From Callorhinchus milii (Eukaryota): a stretch of 64,000 nt of DNA. Made by a program: the position numbers and the translations under genes. The stretch is from NCBI RefSeq assembly GCF_018977255.1, contig NW_024704742.1, positions 119,786,001-119,850,000 on the forward strand, written 5' to 3'. Every line of letters begins with the position of its first letter. The stretch's first letter is position 1. Of this stretch, positions 12,567 through 25,537 are shown piece by piece. Under the pieces are notes generated by a model. That model did no database searches. It was not told where the DNA came from and worked only from the letters and a program-made list of their open reading frames with translations.

Positions 12567-12755
12567 GTCTGAGAAAACAGCTAAATGCCTCCATACTTGG
12601 GAATAACACTATTTTTGTTAACTGGAAAACAAATAAAAGTAAAAAAACAAAACTACGAAGGTTTATACTTGACTGGTATCAAGTCACTGGGAACAAAACT
12701 CTGATTATTCAATCAGAAAAATTAAAAAAGCCTATGAGTAACTACACCATTAAAG
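12567..12755 (+). CDS. Cytokine receptor exon: FN3
   Basis: tctttccacag|GT...AAAG|gtattt. Encodes (S)LRKQLNASILGNNTIFVNWKTNKSKKTKLRRFILDWYQVTGNKTLIIQSEKLKKPMSNYTIK. Phase 1 to 1. Confidence 0.9.
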
Positions 12756-13979
12756 GTATTTTTTTTTCTTTCCACTTCTTATGATGTTCTTTGTTTTAAT
12801 GCGTTTTCAGATTGTTGAGTTTCTATGTTTCTGTTTGTTTGTCCTTATGGATGTGCTAACAGGAAGTCCTGTAGCTTAGTGATTAGAGCAGTCACCTCCC
12901 TCGCAAGCGAGAGGACCTGGGTTTGATTATTATATTCTATTAAAGACCGTGGTTCCTTATCTTTTCGGGACTTGAAGTCACTTGGTCTAAGCTGAAAGTC
13001 CAATAATAATAATAATAATCCTTGCATTTGATATAGTGCCTTATCACGTCGTTGAAATGTCTCAAAGCACTTCAAGGAATATACTGTAACGTGGATTGAC
13101 TGTATTTTGTGGGAGAAACATGGCAGCCAATTGGGCACAGCAGTGTCCCACAAACAGTTGTGGATTGATTGACCAAATTTATTCATTTACTATCTATTTA
13201 CTCCTGTTCTGCAAATTCTGCTTAACTCAAAGAGGAATATAGTCAAAATTGCCACACCAGATGCACATTACCTTCTGAGCTGACGAGGACAAGTCCTGCA
13301 TCAACTTTTAACTCGGTATAATGTGGAGAAACCCAGTGTAAGATCCTCATAACCATAGATAATAAAATCCTAGTCAAGACCACTCAAGCCAGACCCATCT
13401 CCAGTTACAGACACAAACACTTTGTGTATAAATAAGAGAAATGTGTACAAATAGGTTTGGATTTATTCCCCTCCAAATCAAATAGTAAACGCAAGAGTTT
13501 GAAATCTCTCCAAAGGGTAATATAAGAGATGGAAAAGTCCTTCTATAATTTTTCTCCAAAACAATGCAGTGCTGATGGGGGTGTTGCACGATCAGAGGAA
13601 CCGTCTTTCGGATGAGACATTAAACTGAGCTCCAGTCTGCCTGTTCAGATGGATGTTAAAGAACCCATGGCCTTAATTGGAACAAGAAGGGAGTTTCTCC
13701 CAGTGTCCTGGCCAACAATCCCCCAAATAAAAGTTGGTCATTTGACAGCGCTTTGAGACATCTTTCCGACATGATAAGGCACTTTACCAAATGCAAGGAT
13801 TATTACTGTTTATTATTCCCCCTGCAACTGGCCCGGCACTGATTTTATCCAGGGGATTCTATCTTCTACATCCCCTCTTCCCGGTTCTGCTTATTCTCAT
13901 TATCAATTCTGCGTTGATCTTCCTCTGGGTCTAGATGCATAACAACTTTCCAATTCTTAGTCTCTTAGTCTCTGGACTG

Positions 13980-14425
13980 GAATAATATAATAATACATAA
14001 TTTTATATAGTGCCTTATTATGTCATCAATGCGTCTCAAAAACCTTCACAGGATTTTACTGTAAAATATTGTGACTATGTATTTTGTAGGCAAGTGTGGC
14101 AGCTAATTTGCACACAGTAAGGTTCCACAAAAAGCCATGAACAATTTTATTTGAGGGACTCTTGCCAGGGGACTGAGAAAAACTTCCTTCCGTATTTATG
14201 AATAATGCCATGGGAACTTTAAGTCCACCTGAACAAACACAGTCGGGGCTTCGATTTAACGTCTAATTTGAAGGCCGGCACCTCTAACAGTGCAGCATTC
14301 CCCCAACAATGCATTGGAGTGTCAGCCAAGGTAGACTCTGAGCTCAAAGTCGCGATGAGGTTCTTGAACACCCAACTTGCTGACTCACGGTGATAGTGCT
14401 ACCAACTGAGCCGGGCTGACACCTG
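13980..14425 (-). mobile_element. Deu-domain SINE
   Basis: Same head, core and tail on the minus strand. Other copies near 6525-6760, 13560-13810, 29075-29555 and 57290-57520. Confidence 0.75.
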
Positions 14426-14982
14426 TTCCATAACAATTTAGAAGGTATTTGCTACAAGAAGCGCCCACGTATATCAACTGGGGGGCTGAGTCAGGACATA
14501 ACTATCAAACAGAACCCTAAAGATACAGCAAAGTATGCTGAATCCACGAGGATGGTAATCATTAGAAACTGTCAGTAGAGTTTGAGTCCACCCACATCTG
14601 TTAAGTTGGACTAATTTCTATCACTTTCACCTGTTGTATAAAATTAGAAGCAACAGTACAGCAGGAGTAACTAGAACATAGTCCTATGCTACAGCACAAA
14701 CCAACGTATCAAACGTCTTTTTCCCTTTCAAAATAATTTAGCACTCTCCCACAACACTAGTTTGCGGCAGAGAATTCTACATTCCAACCAACCTCTGTTT
14801 CAACAATTTATTCTTAACCATCCCTTTAATTCTTTTGGGGAATATCTTACATTTGTGCTCATTTCAGCTTTGGAGGTGTACATTGTTGCACTGATCATTC
14901 ACCTCAGGCTCTTAATATAAAACAATTGGAGCTGAAGATTAATGCTTTGGTTTGATTTGATCTGCACCCTGGTGGTATATTT

Positions 14983-16222
14983 CATAGATCATAGAATCAT
15001 AGAATCGTACAGCACAAAAAGAGGCCATTCGGCCCATCGAGTTTGTGCCGGCTCTTTGAATAGAGCAATTAATGTCAACCCCACTCCCCAGCCCTTTCCC
15101 CATAACCCTGCAAATCCATCCTCCTCAAATACCCGTCCACCGCGTTTTTAAAAGTTGTTATCGAATCGGCCCCCACCACCTTTTCAGGCAATGCGTTCCA
15201 GATTCGAATAACTCGCTGCGTGAAAAAATTTCTTCTCACCTCCCCTCTGCCTCTGTTTTAAATCTGTGACCTCGAGTCACCGACACACCCACCAGTGGAA
15301 AAAGTTTTTCCCTTTCTAACTTATCGAATCCCCTCATGATTTTGAAGACCTCTATTAGGTCTCCTCGTAACCTTCTCTGTTCCAATGAGAATAATCCCAG
15401 CCTCTCTAGCCTTTCCTCATAATCAAGGTCCCTCATTCCTGGTACCATCCTCGTAAATCTCCTCTGCACCCTTTCCAATGCCTTAACATCCTTCCTATAG
15501 TGTGGTGCCCAGAACTGGGCGCAGTATTCTAACTGAGGCCTAACCAGTGTTTTATATAGGTTAATCATAACCTCCTGACTCTTGTACTCTATGCCCCTAT
15601 TTATAAAGCCTAGTATCCCATATGCCCTTTTTACAGCTTTATCTACCTGTCCTGCCACCTTCAAGGATTCATTTACCTGCACCCCAAGGTCTCTCTGTTC
15701 TTTTACCCCCTTAAGATTGTATTACCAGCCTATATTGCCTCCCCTCATTCTTTCTACCAAAATGCATTACCTCGCATTTCTCCACATTGAAACTCATCTG
15801 CCATGTGTCTGCCCATTTTACCATTCTGTCTATGTCTTCCTGCAGTTGGCTCCTATCCTTCTCACTGTTTACTACCCTACCTAACTTTGTGTCGTCCGCA
15901 AACTTGGAAATGGTATACCCAAGTCCAGATCATTTATGTATATTAAGAAGAGCAGTGGTCCTAATACCGATCCCTGGGGGACGCCACTGTACACTTCCCT
16001 CCAGTCAGAAAAGCAGCCGTTCACCACAACTCTCTGCTTTCTGTCTCCCAGCCAGTTCTGGATCCATGCTGCCACTGTCCCTTTTATACCATGGGCTTCT
16101 ATCTTTCTTACAAGTCTTTCATGTGGCACTTTGTCAAATGCCTTTTGAAAGTCCATATAAACTACATCAACTGCACTACCTGTATCCACCCTCTCCATTA
16201 TCTCATCGAAAAATTCTATTAG
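14983..16222 (-). mobile_element. CR1 LINE RT fragment with 3' tail
   Basis: [17 protein letters not shown]...[22 protein letters not shown]; (GATTCTAT)n-type tail at ~14983-15006. Confidence 0.93.
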
Positions 16223-17089
16223 ATCTGGTTGAAACACCTCAATGCATGGATTTCCCTTCAAAATGCTTTTATTAGATCGCCCTTTCATTTGACTGAATTT
16301 CCATTTCAGCTGTCTTGCAGAGATATTAAAGCGAAGATAATTGGTAACAGCTTAGCCTTTTTGAAGATTTTGGCATAAATATGTTACATCTGTCTCACTG
16401 TCTTTAATGTGCATCATTAATAATTCAAAAATGAATAAAATATAAGTTAATAAAACTGATGTGCAGTAAAATATAGAGGGCAGCAAACCTCAAAAATTAT
16501 ACTTTGATGTTACTATTTCACCGTCGCTCAAATATTATTTCCTCCCTAAAAACTCGATTTCTCATTAACTATTCAAAACCTGCTCAGGACACTTGCATTC
16601 TAAATGAGAGAGAGAGATTGATTGAGGGAGAGAGAGAAACAAAAAGAGTGAGAGAGTAGAGAGAGGAGAAGTGAGGGCAGTGTTTCTTGGTTCACTGTCA
16701 GGACAGACAATCGGAGCTTCCCTCAGTCACTGTTGGGGGGCCCCGAGGATAGACACAGAGTGATGTGCCGTGCAGTTTCCTCCCAGAAAGCTCCTTCTTT
16801 CCCCAGTGAAAAACTCCACTGTGTCCTTCATTCCCTCCCACTCTACTTCTGCAAGCTCTTGACCTGGCTGTTTCCTTTACAGGCATACATCAGCGTGCTT
16901 CATGTCCCCCCACCCAATCTGCCCCACCATCGTCATTTTCCCCTCACTCTCTGGAGCTTCATTCCTGGAGTCCTTCCGACTCCCTCCATCCCTTCTTTCA
17001 AAGCACTTCAAGAGCTAAATCTTTGACTTTTCCCCTCCCCATTCCACCTCTCTCGGCTCCCACCACCAGCTCAGTTGCCCAGCTGGCAG

Positions 17090-17470
17090 TGTTTAGTGCT
17101 TTAAGATAAGAGGTTTTAAGGACTAACAGAGAAGGGAAGCAGGGCAAGAAAGACAAAGGAGAAAATGGGGTGGAGGACAGAGGATGATGGGTTAAAGAAA
17201 TGTTAATAATGCAAAACAAAAGAGGGCAGCACAGGCAGACAAGAGAGAAAAGGTGCGTCTGGGACCCAGATGATGTGCAAATGGTCACAGAAGAGGAGGA
17301 AGAGGAAGGTAAGCTGTTATGGGAGATGTTCTAATGGTCTGAAGTGGTTGAACTCAATATTGAGGCCAAGGTCCCTAGCAGATAGATGAGGTGCTGTTTC
17401 TCGAGCTTGCGTTGTGCTTCATGGGAACAGGATAGGAGACCATGGATGGAGAGGTCAGAGTGTGAGTGGG
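17090..17470 (-). mobile_element. Penelope-like element remnant (GIY-YIG endonuclease C-terminus and 3' UTR)
   Basis: SHSHSDLSIHGLLSCSHEAQRKLEKQHLIYLLGTL, then after a frameshift LNIEFNHFR; recognised Penelope EN tail pattern. Confidence 0.75.
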
Positions 17471-18746
17471 AGAGTAATTCTTTCCAGTTAACAGGTTTAT
17501 TTTCTGTGGGCATTTATTTCCTTATCCTATTGATAATAATTTGTCTTCTTATTGTGGAGGAAGAAGTACATCACAACAATGTACAACACAGAAACAGGCC
17601 ACTCGGCTTAACCAATCTGTGCTGGTGATTATACTCTAATACAAGTCTTCACTCATACCTTACTCCCTCCATTACTCTTCTATTCCCATCTACCTCAGGT
17701 GAAGGTCTAGCTTCCTCTTGAACAGTCATTAATCTCTTTAGTCTCCTCTCCCGCCGTTTTCCTACCATCCTCTCTCTGGCGTGTCTGGTGCTGGGCAGTG
17801 ACATATATGCAGCTCAGCTGCTTACAGATAGATTGAGATTAGTTATTTTATTTTTAACTCAATCACCACTGTGACTGAGCAAACAGTCCACAGGCCTCTA
17901 TCAGTGATGCTGGAAACGTTTACAAGGCCTTTGGGAAAGAGCGGGCAAGTGGGACTAATTGGATTGCTCTTTTCAAAGAGTAGGCAAAGGCACGATGGGC
18001 CAAATGGCCTCCTTCTGTGCTGTAAGATTCTATGCTCTGCGATCAAAGGTAGGGAATCTACTATGGCTTAGTCCTGTGATGACAGTGTAGGTTTATTATC
18101 AAATTTAGCTTTAGAATTGGTTTGATAACTACCAGGGTGGATTGTAGGTTAACTACATTCATTTGCTCTTGATACTATTGGTTGTCTTTCTTTTATTCAG
18201 TATAGAGTATGCATTTTTATAGGCTTTTTGTAATTGCTTTGCTATCTTGTAGGCATACTTTGCTTGCCATTTAGAGGAACAGGAGTATTCAACAAGAATT
18301 CAACCTTTAGATTAAAATGGTGCCCCAATACCTATATAACATTTCATTAGTTCTGTGTAATAAGTTTGGTTCTATGTGCCTGACTCTGTCTTAGCCACTT
18401 GAAAACCAATTCTCAGCATTGACCCTCTCCTGCTTCGGGGAAGTACTTTGTCTCTACTCAGGATGTTACCTAAATTGGCTTGTCTGAGATTCAGAAATCA
18501 CTATATTCTTGTAGAAGAGCAATGATTTCATTTGAAGAGCAAAGATTTTATCCCTACAAATATATGCCTCTGACATTTCTATAATTTTAGCATTATGCAA
18601 GTACAGTTTGTTCTATCACCTGTCTGCAGATTAATTTTGAAAATATTTTAGTATGAAATTGTAACTGTTTATGGTTGGGTCAAGTGGCCTGTTTCTGGGT
18701 TGTACATTCTTTGTTTACTGTATTAAATTGTTTTCCATTGATTTAG

Positions 18747-18866
18747 GACCATTTAAACCAAATCAACGATATAGAATAATGTTACATCGGAGAGAAAACA
18801 AAAGAAACCAGGTGAATGACAGTGAGACAACAGAAGGGATGGTTGACATTTACGTATTGGAAGGAA
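18747..18866 (+). CDS. Cytokine receptor exon: FN3
   Basis: gatttag|GA...GGAA|gtgagt. Encodes (G)PFKPNQRYRIMLHRRENKRNQVNDSETTEGMVDIYVLEG. Phase 1 to 1. Confidence 0.9.
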
Positions 18867-18970
18867 GTGAGTTTAACTATATTTTTTTGATTTTTTTTCT
18901 ATTTCTATTACTACATTTCATTTTTTAAAAAACATTAACACATGTGCATTTGATTTCCTCCCAACTTCAG

Positions 18971-19132
18971 CACCTAAGAAAAGTCCAGGTAATCTTAGAG
19001 TCACCAATATTACCCAAAACACCGCAATGATAAGATGGAATAAAATACCTGAAGAAGATTGTGAAGGTTTTCTTCAAGGGTACAAGATTATCTATGATTT
19101 TCACATGGCTTCCATCAGTAAACCTTTGAAAT
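18971..19132 (+). CDS. Cytokine receptor exon: FN3
   Basis: ccaacttcag|CA...AAAT|gtaagt. Encodes (T)PKKSPGNLRVTNITQNTAMIRWNKIPEEDCEGFLQGYKIIYDFHMASISKPLK. Phase 1 to 1. Confidence 0.93.
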
Positions 19133-19910
19133 GTAAGTTGAAAATATATAAGTATAAAACTTCTGTAAGTGAAAAATTCTCCTTGATACAGATTAATTTC
19201 CTAGCAGTAATATATATGCTATTTCACAATTAAATGAAATTTGGCCAAATGGGAAACCAAATGGAGGAGGAATAAAGAAACATCCCAATGGTAAAGAACA
19301 ATCCTCCAAATAAAATTGATCATTCACTCAATATTGCTCTGAGCAAATTGGCACCCACAAAATGGACAGTCACACCATATTACAGTACATCCTGCGAAAC
19401 ATTTTGAGACGTCTTGACAACGTGATATGGAGCCATATCAAATGCATGGATTATTTTATGACAAAGTACCAGGTAGCTTCAAGGAAAGCGATTGAGTCTG
19501 CTAACCTCAGTTCATGTATACTCAACGGCAATTCAAGTTGCCGTTGAGTATACTGTCACCAAACAAAGGAATCTTTCATCCAGGATGGCTAGAGTCCAAT
19601 CCAGGCCCCAAGTAAAAGAACAATAAATAATACTTATAATAATCCTTGCTTTTCATCTTGCTACTTATCATGTCATTGATGGCACTTCACAGAATATATT
19701 GTAAAGTGACTGTGTATTTTGTGAGCGAAACACAGGAGCCAATTGCACACAGCAGTGTCCCACAAACAGTCGTGTCAATGTGCTACACCATCCTATCCTT
19801 GTTACCTTGTTTCTAACCTTGCTCTTTATTGGTATTTTTTACTGGTTCAAGCATTGACTGTGTGTGTTGTCCCTCAGGGAAGTAAGTTTGCGTTTCTGTT
19901 ACTTTTGCAG

Positions 19911-20054
19911 CCATTTCAGTAAACTCATCCACGGCCAGTTTGGTGCTCACTGGGCTAACACGCAAAACTGTGTATGCGGTGCACGCTTTGGGCTTCACCA
20001 ACGCTGGAGATGGAGTCAGGAGTCCAGTTGTGTCTTTTGCTACAGAAGAATTTG
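19911..20054 (+). CDS. Cytokine receptor exon: end of last FN3
   Basis: acttttgcag|CC...TTTG|gtaaag. Encodes (S)ISVNSSTASLVLTGLTRKTVYAVHALGFTNAGDGVRSPVVSFATEEF. Phase 1 to 1. Confidence 0.92.
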
Positions 20055-20435
20055 GTAAAGTTTAAAAAAACACTTTCTTTGTTATAACATGACCAATGGA
20101 CCTTGATAAAACAATGGACAAAAAGAAATTCAGGATGGACTCAAGGTTCCCTGGCCTTGGAACATTTATGAGTTTTCTCTAATGATCTATGGCCAATTTC
20201 AATTTGTTTATGCTTCTAGGTTTGTAAGAGATGCTGAGGGATTTCTTTTAATATTCAGATGCCTTCAGGGACTATCCATAAATTATTGATACAAAGTAAA
20301 GGGATAAGATTCAAGTTGAGAAATATTCCTCCTTTTGGTGCATGACAGCATTGATCATATTAAATAGTTCTGAGTTTCACTGTATGTTATTTTCAGGGTG
20401 CGCACAGATCGGGCACTCTTTGAACTACAGAACAT

Positions 20436-20790
20436 GGAGTCCTGTAGCTCAGTGGTTAGAGCACTCACCTTGCAGGTGAGAGACCTGGGTTTGAGTCCCG
20501 GCAAGGCGAAATGTTGGGCAAGTTTCCTTACTCCACATGCCTCTGTTTACCTAACAGTAAGTGGGTGGGAACCTGGTTGTTAGTCGATTTGTGGATCATT
20601 TTTCCAGGAGTAATAATTCCTTTTTTAAAAAATTGGTCGCTTCAATCCTTGACTGTTTGTGGGACACTACTGTGCCACATTTCATCCACAAAATATACAG
20701 TCAATTCACTTTACAGTTTATTCTATGAAGCGCTTTGAGACATCTCAAAGATGTGATAAAGCGCTATATCAAATGCAAGGATTATTATTA
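20436..20790 (+). mobile_element. tRNA-derived SINE (same family, older)
   Basis: ggagtcctgtagctcagtggttagagc head and the same tail. Related partial copies near 1075-1410, 12864-13190, 21145-21381 and 45140-45305. Confidence 0.85.
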
Positions 20791-23195
20791 CAGGAGTATC
20801 TAAGGGAAACTTTTCATATATTTATTCACATCACATCTGATTCAACTTCTGGAGAATTCTGATGCTGGACATATTACTTTCCTAGAACTCTTTTGCACTT
20901 CCTAGATCTTGTTCATTCATTTTTGGCCTGAAATTTTCCTTAGTCTTAGCCTGCAAGACAAATTCATCTTGAAATTTAAAATCAAGCAGAATTATGAAAT
21001 TATCCAATTCAGCCTCAGTTTAGAAACTAGTTTCTTTATAAGAACTGGAGAAAGCCAGATTCTAAATTAAGACAGAATTTGAGAATTTTCCTCAATTCTG
21101 CACAAAGAGAAAATGGTCTAAAGGCTAAGACTGGGTGGGGGCGTAGCAGTGTCCCACAAATAGTTGTAGATTGAGTGTCCAAATTCTTAATTTTGTTAAG
21201 GGATTATTATCCCTGGAAAGCAATCTGCCAATTGACTAACAACTGGGTTCCTAGTTACTACTAGGTAAACAGAGGCGTGTGGAGTAAGGAAATTTGACTG
21301 AGGTTTTGTCCCGCCCGGGAAGCGAACTCAGATCCTCTCGCTTGTGAGGAGAGTGCGCTGACCACTACACAACAGGACTCCTCAAATATACGTTTACGTC
21401 TGTTTGAACGTATGTTCAGGATGTATTAAGGTTACCTCAGCTGCTCTTCCTCCTGCTGCAACCCTTATACTGCATACAAGTTCTTTTAGGAAGGCTGTTA
21501 ACTGTAAAAGTGCAGGGGCTGCACTCCCTGTAACAAGTTGTAAAAATGCTCCTGTTACTGGCACCTAACTGTGGGAAAAAGTGCCTCACGACATAAATTG
21601 TGTCTCCAGCAGGGAATATCTATGAACGTCACACCGACTTGCTAGTCCTTAGCTATGTGGTGACCTTGGGTTGGAGCTGACAACTTGCGAGTTGGTGTGA
21701 CATACATGGGTTTTCCTGCTATACACATTTTACTCCTCAAGTTACTTTTACAAGGCGCCAGCAACAGTAGAATTTTACTGAAGAAGGCTTCTTCAATCAG
21801 AATAACTAACTTTGTGAAAGTGTACATGACTGGTCGTAGCTCTGGAACAGGTTCTACTCTCATAGAAATATATCAAATGGATTATGAGAAGGTAAGAAAC
21901 ATAAGACAATGACTGTCGCATTCGCTCACAAAATATACACCACTTCACAGTATATTCAGTTAAACTCTTTGAAAGGTCTAGAAAACGTGAAAGGCGCTAT
22001 ATCAAATGCAAGGATTATTATTTTGTGTTGTAGATTTCTATGGTTGTGTGGGTCTATGGGTTAATGGCTTCAATTCCTGCAGAAGAGAATTTGTAGAGGC
22101 ATAAATTTTATCTAGCACTAAAAATCTTAAACAGTGAGAATTTGTCATTGCAAACCACCATGCCATACCCTGAAATAAAACACAGTGCAATGCTTAATTT
22201 AGTAAAGAGCAGCATGACATCACCTGTACTAAAACTAGGAGTGAAAGATGTCCATTCTGATTTAGTGTGGAATTGGTGAATTTACTAAAATACACTCAGA
22301 ACAGGACACATTACTTGTGCAATCAGACACAGTGTGGGTGAGTATTTTCTCAATTATGTTGATATACTTATGTCCTGGACAGTCCCAGTTGAATAGAAGA
22401 ACTGTCCCTCAACATTTCTGAGAAACTTTAAGAAGCCAAAGATAGATAGAGAATTATTGAAATTAGGCAAACATCACAGACAACAAGGGCTGGTTAAATG
22501 CACAAGACCAGAGCTGATACTTTGAGTCCACTCCATGAATTGTATTGTTAAAAATCCAATGGTTACTTGCATTTTATCAAGACCTTTTTTAGTCATATTT
22601 AAAATGGTGTCAGAGTGCCTGAGTTGGTAGCACTCCCGCCTTTAGATGAGAAGAATGCAGGATGAGGAATCGAGGTATGATTTGAACTAAGTTGACATTT
22701 CAGTGCAGTACTAATAATAAAATAATTAATAATCCTTGCATTTGATATACTGCCTCATCACGTCTCAAAGTGCTTCACAGAATATACTGTAAAGTGAATT
22801 GAATGTATATTTTGTGGTTAAAATAAGGCGGTGAATTGGCACTTTACATGTTTTGGAGACCTTTCTGTGCACAAATGGTTACCACTTTTGCCTACAGAAA
22901 CAGTGACTTCATTTCACAGTAATTACAGTTATGTGTGTTGGTGTGACATATATAGTAACTTACTGTAACTTAATGTTACTAATTATGTTTTTGATGTGTT
23001 AATGTGCTAAAAGAGGGATTTCTGCTTCATGTTTGCGATGACTGGGTTCCTTCCAGTTTCCAGACATCAATAAAATCATATTTCCAAAACAGTTGGAATA
23101 GACCGCAATAAATTGTGAATTGAGCAGCAGGAAATACAGCATCTGTAAAACCTTCAATGTAGTACCTTATGCCCATCTGTTTACAATTGCAACAG

Positions 23196-23292
23196 GTGAT
23201 GGAGAAATAACAAAAATTGCTGTTGGTGTTTCTTTTGCTGTTATTGGTGGTGTGTTTCTTCTGGTGTGGATATTTTCAGTGATTGTGAAAAG
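23196..23292 (+). CDS. Cytokine receptor transmembrane exon
   Basis: gcaacag|GT...AAAAG|gtaaga. Encodes (G)DGEITKIAVGVSFAVIGGVFLLVWIFSVIVK(R), a hydrophobic helix followed by KR. Phase 1 to 2. Confidence 0.93.
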
Positions 23293-24231
23293 GTAAGAAA
23301 CATAAGACATTGACAAGGAGTTATTGAAGCAAGCTGATATTCATGGGAGGATAGGGAGAAAAGGAAACACTTCTACAATTGCTTTGTTAAGGAACGAAGA
23401 TTTCAAAATTAGGATAACAAATGGATTGAAGATAAGGAAGTTATCATTATAAAATCATTATTCAACCAACGGGGTATTGTTTTGCTCCTCTTCAACTGGA
23501 TTAAACATCCGCACATCCCATTTACCTGAGGCCTACAGTGCTCCACATGTAAACTGTGTGTAAACTATTCATCATCACCACGTGTGTGTGCAGGGAATTA
23601 CAGGCACCCTTAATTGTGTAATTAACAAGCAATGCCAAAAATGTATAATTGTATAATTAATAAACCCTTTTCAATTATAAATTACATACTAAAATGAGGC
23701 ACCTGTACCTCATTATACACGTGTAACACATGCCGCAAAATACACATGCATTTACACATGATGCGTAATACAGCAGTCCTTGATCATATCGTGCAATCAA
23801 CAACAACAAGATTATATTTGAGGACGTCCCAAGGCACTGGACAGAGTACAGCATTTCAGACCCTAATCAACAGTTAAAATGTTTCCAAGGCTTAGCTCTT
23901 GCCAACCTGCACCTAATATTCTTTGGAATTAGGTAAGCAGGATGGGTCCCTGCTGGGAGTGTATGCACCCATTCCAATACACAGGAAATTCCATGTGTAG
24001 GTGGGATGCACAGAACTCTCAATTTGGTTTGGATACTTTTGAACATGGTGATGGGTTTCCGCTGCGTCAAGGATACCTGCCTGACCAAGAAAAGTTTAAA
24101 AAGTGTGATGAAAAGTTAGGGATGAATAATGAGACTGCACTGTAGAGTAAGCTTTATTCGGTCATAATTCCATCCATTGATTTCATTGAATGAATTGTAA
24201 AATCTAATATTGTAAACCCTTTTTATTTCAG

Positions 24232-24313
24232 AGTAAAGGAAGATATTTGGCCGAACATACCAAACCCCAAGAACAGTTATGCGATTGAAATTATGAGGAA
24301 GGGTCCATCAGTG
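24232..24313 (+). CDS. Cytokine receptor Box1 (JAK-binding) exon
   Basis: ttttatttcag|A...GTG|gtatgt. Encodes (R)VKEDIWPNIPNPKNSYAIEIMRKGPSV, the gp130-type WPxIPxP Box1. Phase 2 to 0. Confidence 0.94.
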
Positions 24314-24889
24314 GTATGTAATTTTTTTTTGTATCTCTATGTATTCCATCATAAGTTAGACCGAGCATCCATGTAGATCAATGAGATCAACGCCTGAGAT
24401 GTTTAGACACTGCTAATAGCCAAGCAGGGGAGCCACGATTCTGTTGACATTTAACTTAAGAAAGTTAAGAGCTCATGCAAAATGTAATACCCGACGGGGT
24501 AGTCAGAACAGCATTGGTCCTGGAATCAAAGGTAGAGGCAGAGAAGACGGGACTCCATGCCTACGGACCATGTTACTGGTGACTTTAACCAGGGTCGTCC
24601 CATTGCTGTGGGCAGGGTAGAACAATACATGTTTAAATTAAAGATCAAAAGAAAATCACAAACTAGTGTTTATGTTGAAAATCTGAAGCAAAAAGTAAGG
24701 ATTATTATTATTATTATAATAAAACAACTGGTCAGGCTTCATTTGAAAGAGAGTGATTACTCTGACTTTGCCTGGTCTGGTATAGGATTACACTGATACA
24801 TTAACAGGGAAGGTAACTGAGGACAGGACACCATTTAAGGAATAGCTTGATGCTGTGATAAGAGGACGGTAGGTTGGATAATTCAAACA

Positions 24890-25372
24890 CACTTCTCGCC
24901 GGTCTCCCCAGCTCCACTATTCAAAAAATCCAGCTCATTCAGAACTTTGCCCCCCTCATACTTATCCGGACCAAACTCCATACCCGGATTTCACCATTTC
25001 TGGCCAGGCTCCACTGAAACCCCATCACCGAATGGATCGACTTCAAGATCCTCACACTCGTGTTCAAATCCCTTCATTCTCTGGCACCTCCCTACCTCTC
25101 CGACCTCTTCACTGCCCAATTCACCACCTGGCGCCTCCGCTCAACTGGCACCAGCCTCCTGCTCATCCCTCGCACTCTCCGCCCCATCATTGGAGGTCAC
25201 ACTTTCAGCAACTATGCTCCTAAACTCTGGAACACTGTCCCTCGATCCCTCCGCTTTACCACCTCTCTCCTCTTTTTCAAGTCCTGCCTGAAAACCTTCC
25301 TCTACGACTATCCTGTTAAGCAGTCTAAGATACTAACCTGCATGGAGGGTGCTATATAAGTGCAAGTTGTTG
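24890..25372 (+). mobile_element. L2 LINE 3' fragment
   Basis: FKSLHSLAPPYLSDLF...PKLWNTVP; tail ggtgctatataagtgcaagttgttg. Confidence 0.88.
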
Positions 25373-25537
25373 GGTATTTTGGATGACATCAAATGGGCTG
25401 AAGGGACTTTTGTATCTGAATCAATTTTTGTGTTAAATCTATTTTTGAGCTGTTGATCAAGGTGTTACATTTTCTCAGCATTATTTTTAAATGATGTTGT
25501 GGAAATCTCTAACATTTTCTTTTATTTGGATTGTTAG

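Noticed and set aside
13280..13305. ctgacga-ggac-aa-gtcc resembling a hammerhead ribozyme core
   Set aside because: The required GAAA after stem II is missing and I found no stems I or III.
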